A stretch of DNA of 64,000 bases from a virus, in the IMG/VR virus record IMGVR_UViG_3300023180_006024, one strand, 5' to 3'. Shown here piece by piece: positions 60,527 to 64,000 of the stretch (its first letter is position 1; each line of letters opens with the position of its first letter). Both the position numbers and the translations under genes were made by a program. The notes beneath the pieces are model-generated. The model was not told where the DNA came from. It did not search any database and saw only the letters and a list, made by a program, of their open reading frames with translations.

Positions 60527-61586
60527 GATCTCCTGCTCGTTGATCAAAGTGTACCATTGCTCCAATATTATCTGCAAACTCAATAATTTTCTGTTCTTTT
60601 TGTTTTCTATATTCTGTGCTATAGAATGGAGTAGTGCATTCGAAACAAAAAACATTACTCATTTCGATATATGTAAGTCCTCCGTTAAATCCTATCATTT
60701 CGATAAAGTCTTCTGTGTTAGCTATAACATCAATAACGTGATATTCTGCACTCAAATGACTTGTTTTTTCTTTAATGTATTCTATTGCTTTAGGTGAATG
60801 ATCAAAAAACTTGTAATGAGTATCAGGTCTGCCTATGTACTCATACATATTGCCGCTTGCAGGCAAAACAGCAACCAAACAATTCCTTGCCCTGTCTGGT
60901 AAGTTGTCACTACCAGTATTTTCTTTGTAAACTAAATCTGTAATAGAGTAATGATATCTTTTATGCAAATAATCTATGCCAGTGCCGTTTGGATAAATGT
61001 AGTTTTTTGAGTTACGTTGTTTCTCGTTAAATGCATACATCTTATGTCCGTTATTAATACCATGGCTAATAACTTTCCATCCATGTAGTTTGTGTCGATA
61101 ATTATAAAACTTATATCCAGTGTCTATCCATAAAGGAGTATAATCGTCATGAATGTTTTCGTCACTTTTTACAGGTATTACTTGTCTGTTATATGTACAG
61201 TGTTCTGTTTGTCCGATTTCTGTGTCTAACATTTTTAAATTAATGACATAGCATTGTTCATGTAAATGAAAATATGCATCTCCCATGTCTAAAAGGTGTC
61301 CTAGCAGATAATAATCACCTTTTATTGAATCAAAAAAATCTTCGCCGTGTAAAAACTCTGTGCCAGCACTTATAACAACAGCTTTTTCGTAGTCCAACTG
61401 AGCAAGTGTATGTTCTTCATCTCTTGTAACATACACATCAAAGTTCATACCTACACAGTTCTGTATTGTATAATCTGCTTGATTTTTAACATATTCTTTT
61501 GTAATGCCAGAGTACTTGTGAGTATCGTCTACAATAACAACACAAAAGTCTTCTCTGCTGTGAAACTTACCTGGATACTTTATCAT
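60498..61586 (-). CDS. hypothetical protein
   Basis: 362-aa ORF coupled to the upstream hydroxylase; HEQCYVINL and HDDYTPLW motifs; no confident family. Confidence 0.55.
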   Translation of the reverse strand: MIKYPGKFHSREDFCVVIVDDTHKYSGITKEYVKNQADYTIQNCVGMNFDVYVTRDEEHTLAQLDYEKAVVISAGTEFLHGEDFFDSIKGDYYLLGHLLDMGDAYFHLHEQCYVINLKMLDTEIGQTEHCTYNRQVIPVKSDENIHDDYTPLWIDTGYKFYNYRHKLHGWKVISHGINNGHKMYAFNEKQRNSKNYIYPNGTGIDYLHKRYHYSITDLVYKENTGSDNLPDRARNCLVAVLPASGNMYEYIGRPDTHYKFFDHSPKAIEYIKEKTSHLSAEYHVIDVIANTEDFIEMIGFNGGLTYIEMSNVFCFECTTPFYSTEYRKQKEQKIIEFADNIGAMVHFDQRAGDLNLLPYWHY

Positions 61587-62256
61587 ATTGCTTCTTATAA
61601 CTCCTTACAACAAGATTTGCAAATAGTGTGTGCATACTGCCAGGAATAACATGTGTGATATTGTGTATTCTATCTGTGTCAGTTGGATTATGCACATTGT
61701 GATCTTTGAAAATGTTTACCAAAAACTGTTTTCCGTCAGCAAATGGAACAACAGTGTTTTCTACACGCATCTCACATCCTACAGGATGATTGATTGCAGT
61801 GTTGATTGGTATTTGCAGTGTGTGCCATGCACTTAAATCTATGTCACCTGGATTGTCGTTGTGTGTGTCTATCATACCACCTGCACCAAGTTTCATAAAT
61901 CTACTTCTGTATATAAACTCTGCAGGAAACTGCAACCAAAAGTTTTTGATGTACTGACACAAGTTGCCAAGTTCTGTCCAATCGTGTGCAGGAGGCAGTT
62001 CGTAATCGTACACCCACCAGTGATTGGTTTTGTCTGTGTCTATGCCGTACAGTGTGCAAGCCTGCCACCCTTGGTGTGAGCCTTCGCCTGTGCTTTCATC
62101 TCTGTGATCTACATAATAATCATCTGCAAGTTCTGCTTCTGCTTTGAACTGGTTGATATTCAGCATAGGATAATCCAGTTCTATGTAATCAAAGTTGCTT
62201 TCTTGGAATATCCAAGTCACTTGATCATACAGTGGTAGGTCTGGTAATGCTTTCAT
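61567..62256 (-). CDS. 2OG-Fe(II) oxygenase, aspartyl/asparaginyl beta-hydroxylase-like
   Basis: RFMKL..GG.I.THND (HxD), H.V.N.T..DRIH. Start reassigned to ATG 62256 with AAGGAG RBS. Confidence 0.7.
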   Translation of the reverse strand: MKALPDLPLYDQVTWIFQESNFDYIELDYPMLNINQFKAEAELADDYYVDHRDESTGEGSHQGWQACTLYGIDTDKTNHWWVYDYELPPAHDWTELGNLCQYIKNFWLQFPAEFIYRSRFMKLGAGGMIDTHNDNPGDIDLSAWHTLQIPINTAINHPVGCEMRVENTVVPFADGKQFLVNIFKDHNVHNPTDTDRIHNITHVIPGSMHTLFANLVVRSYKKQYDKVSR

Positions 62257-63286
62257 ATTCGCTCCTTGATTGTGCTTTGGGCACACACATGCCACATCCG
62301 CACCTACTGTTTGGACACACAATAGTTCTATCTTGGTTTTCCAGCACATAGTTGAGTATACCATCTGTGTTGCGTAAACTGCCTATTGCACCTCTGCCTT
62401 CAAACTTGGCTTTGCAAGTCTGATGATGATACACTTTTTGTGTGTGTTGGTCTATGTGTAAAAAGTGTTTGTTTACACTGCAATACCAACCTTTGAAGTT
62501 TGTGTTTACAGCACTGATCTTGCTCCAACAGTTGTTGCACTTGCCCAGTATGTCTCTGTTACCACAACAACCTCGTGGCATTTGATTGCCACTTAATATT
62601 TGTTCCTGTGTGTCTGCATCAATGCCGTGGTAGTCAAAAAACCATGCTTGCTGTTCTTGCGTGTAAGGATGACTTGTTCTACGCAATACACCTTCGCCGT
62701 CTTTGAACCACTCTGTTGTGCCCAAGTTACCGTCTCCAATAATAGTAGGAAATACTATTATACCATATTCTCGCAAAATGTCAACTGTTTCTACACATTC
62801 TGCCCAATGGTCTGTGTGCATCATTACATTAACTGTTAGCCATACACCGTTGTCTTTCAACAATCGAGCATTGTCTATGGTTCTTTGTTTGCTGAAGTGT
62901 TTTGCTTCTGCATGATAACTCAATGTAACGCCCACAATATTTTGTTTGATAGCGTCTATGTGTTTTTCTGGCCATGTGCCATTACTGGTAAGTCCTACTG
63001 TAAAGTCACTGGTATCTTTTATGTGTTGTACAAAGTCCCAAAATCTAGGATTGACAGTTGGTTCACCGCCCGTAAAGTTGATGTTTGCATTTGGTTGGTT
63101 GTACATCGTTGTGTAGTTTTTAACAAACTCATATGTGTGCAACAGTTCTTCCCAGCTTGTAGGTGCACTGTATGTGTTGTGTCTATTGCTTTCGCAGTAA
63201 GTACAGTCAAAGTTGCAACGGCGCCCTATATCCCATGTAACTGTCATGGGTTCGGGTTTGGCTAGTTTTATTGCTTCTACTTCCAT
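62225..63286 (-). CDS. radical SAM enzyme with C-terminal Cys clusters (paralogue of 58456-59478)
   Basis: CNFDCTYC, TGGEPT, TSNG; RGCCG...GWYC...CPNSRCGCGMCVPKA. Confidence 0.9.
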   Translation of the reverse strand: MEVEAIKLAKPEPMTVTWDIGRRCNFDCTYCESNRHNTYSAPTSWEELLHTYEFVKNYTTMYNQPNANINFTGGEPTVNPRFWDFVQHIKDTSDFTVGLTSNGTWPEKHIDAIKQNIVGVTLSYHAEAKHFSKQRTIDNARLLKDNGVWLTVNVMMHTDHWAECVETVDILREYGIIVFPTIIGDGNLGTTEWFKDGEGVLRRTSHPYTQEQQAWFFDYHGIDADTQEQILSGNQMPRGCCGNRDILGKCNNCWSKISAVNTNFKGWYCSVNKHFLHIDQHTQKVYHHQTCKAKFEGRGAIGSLRNTDGILNYVLENQDRTIVCPNSRCGCGMCVPKAQSRSEYESITRPTTV

Positions 63287-63999
63287 TTTGTTATATTAAT
63301 GTCTGCGGCACAAGTACACCACTTGCGTGTGCAAACAACAGGCTCCTCTGGTAGTTTAAATGTGTTATTGTATATATTGCCCAAACTTCCACCTACTCTA
63401 CAAGTGGCTCTGTGTACTTCACCGTCCCAGTTTATCATTAGGCTTTCTATACCTGCCATACAGTTCCATCCTTCGAACTGATTTAGATGTTCTTTTATTA
63501 CATCGTTGGCGTGCTTTAGTTCGTGTTCGTCTATCAGTGTATTGGGTTGAGCAGTTGCAGTGTTGCGCATTATCCAATCCAAGTCATTTTGATTGTATTT
63601 TAAATCGTCAAACCAATCGTGCTTTTCTGTCCACCTTATTCTTCTAACTGTGTATGGTATTTCGTGTCCGGTGAGATATGCTGCTGCTTTTTTGACATCA
63701 CTCATATGATCCTGATGTGCCATTAATGCAATGTGAAAATCTTTTGGAAACTTCAAACTTTCTGTTGCAGTTGCAAAGTTCATAATATTGTATAATCTTT
63801 TAGCCCATTGTGGATCTTCAAAGTGTAAACTGAACACAATATAGTTTACAGGTATGCGTTCATAAAACTCTGTGGTCCTTGTGCCATTGGTTGTAACACT
63901 TAACCATTTGATCTTGGGTCTTGCATACTCTAGTAAATCTTCAAAAGCAGGATGCACAGTTGGTTCTCCACCTGTGAAGCTGATTCTAGCATTTGGTAT
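63277..63999 (-). CDS. radical SAM enzyme with C-terminal Cys cluster, 5' end outside the window
   Basis: Frame is open to the window edge: IPNARISFTGGEPTVHP, TTNG; C-terminal GWNC...TC...CTRKWCTC. Confidence 0.85.
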   Translation of the reverse strand: MPNARISFTGGEPTVHPAFEDLLEYARPKIKWLSVTTNGTRTTEFYERIPVNYIVFSLHFEDPQWAKRLYNIMNFATATESLKFPKDFHIALMAHQDHMSDVKKAAAYLTGHEIPYTVRRIRWTEKHDWFDDLKYNQNDLDWIMRNTATAQPNTLIDEHELKHANDVIKEHLNQFEGWNCMAGIESLMINWDGEVHRATCRVGGSLGNIYNNTFKLPEEPVVCTRKWCTCAADINITKWK

Positions 64000-64000
64000 T

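Noticed and set aside
303-63647. Numerous 60-146 aa ORFs antisense to, or nested in, the long genes
   Set aside because: They are shadows of well-supported genes, with no motifs or RBS of their own.
38258-64000. DNA hypermodification or 7-deazaguanine pathway as the function of the island
   Set aside because: No recognisable QueC/QueD/FolE/DpdA, dNMP hydroxymethylase or TET/JBP partner in the window. Not excluded, but unsupported here.
1-64000. Stop-codon reassignment, introns/inteins, tRNAs, CRISPR arrays
   Set aside because: Genes are full length in the standard code and end in TAA, TAG and TGA. I saw no intein/intron signatures, and the intergenic gaps are too short and lack cloverleaf or repeat-spacer structure.

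Overview
A 64-kb segment of a large, AT-rich, lytic myovirus-type dsDNA phage distantly related to T4. It is densely coding in the standard genetic code, and I found no tRNA, rRNA, CRISPR array or integrase. It has three blocks. (1) 1-4.3 kb, minus strand: T4-like gp55 late sigma factor, gp47/gp46 (Mre11/Rad50) recombination nuclease and a GIY-YIG endonuclease. (2) 4.3-38.2 kb, plus strand: a baseplate/tail module with gp48/54-like, gp53-like, hub, a gp5-like spike carrying two cell-wall hydrolase domains, gp25, gp6, a 4591-aa giant virion protein and five fibre/virion paralogues, preceded by T4-type TA(T)AAATA late promoters. (3) 38.2 kb to beyond the window end: a >25-kb phage-encoded biosynthetic/modification island. 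It holds at least 10 radical-SAM enzymes with auxiliary Cys clusters, 3 GT-A glycosyltransferases, 3 GT10-like proteins, 3 GCS-type SGNH proteins, an NDP-sugar epimerase/dehydratase, a short DegT-type aminotransferase, an amidinotransferase, a kinase-fold protein, a SAM methyltransferase and a 2OG-Fe(II) hydroxylase. My leading hypothesis (inference) is a virion-decoration system that builds an unusual, possibly guanidinylated glycan. A strongly repeated D-S-T / D-G-S-T motif in the neighbouring giant virion protein is the candidate acceptor sequon. The genome also appears to avoid AATT. Product calls come from motif recognition only; no database searches were run.
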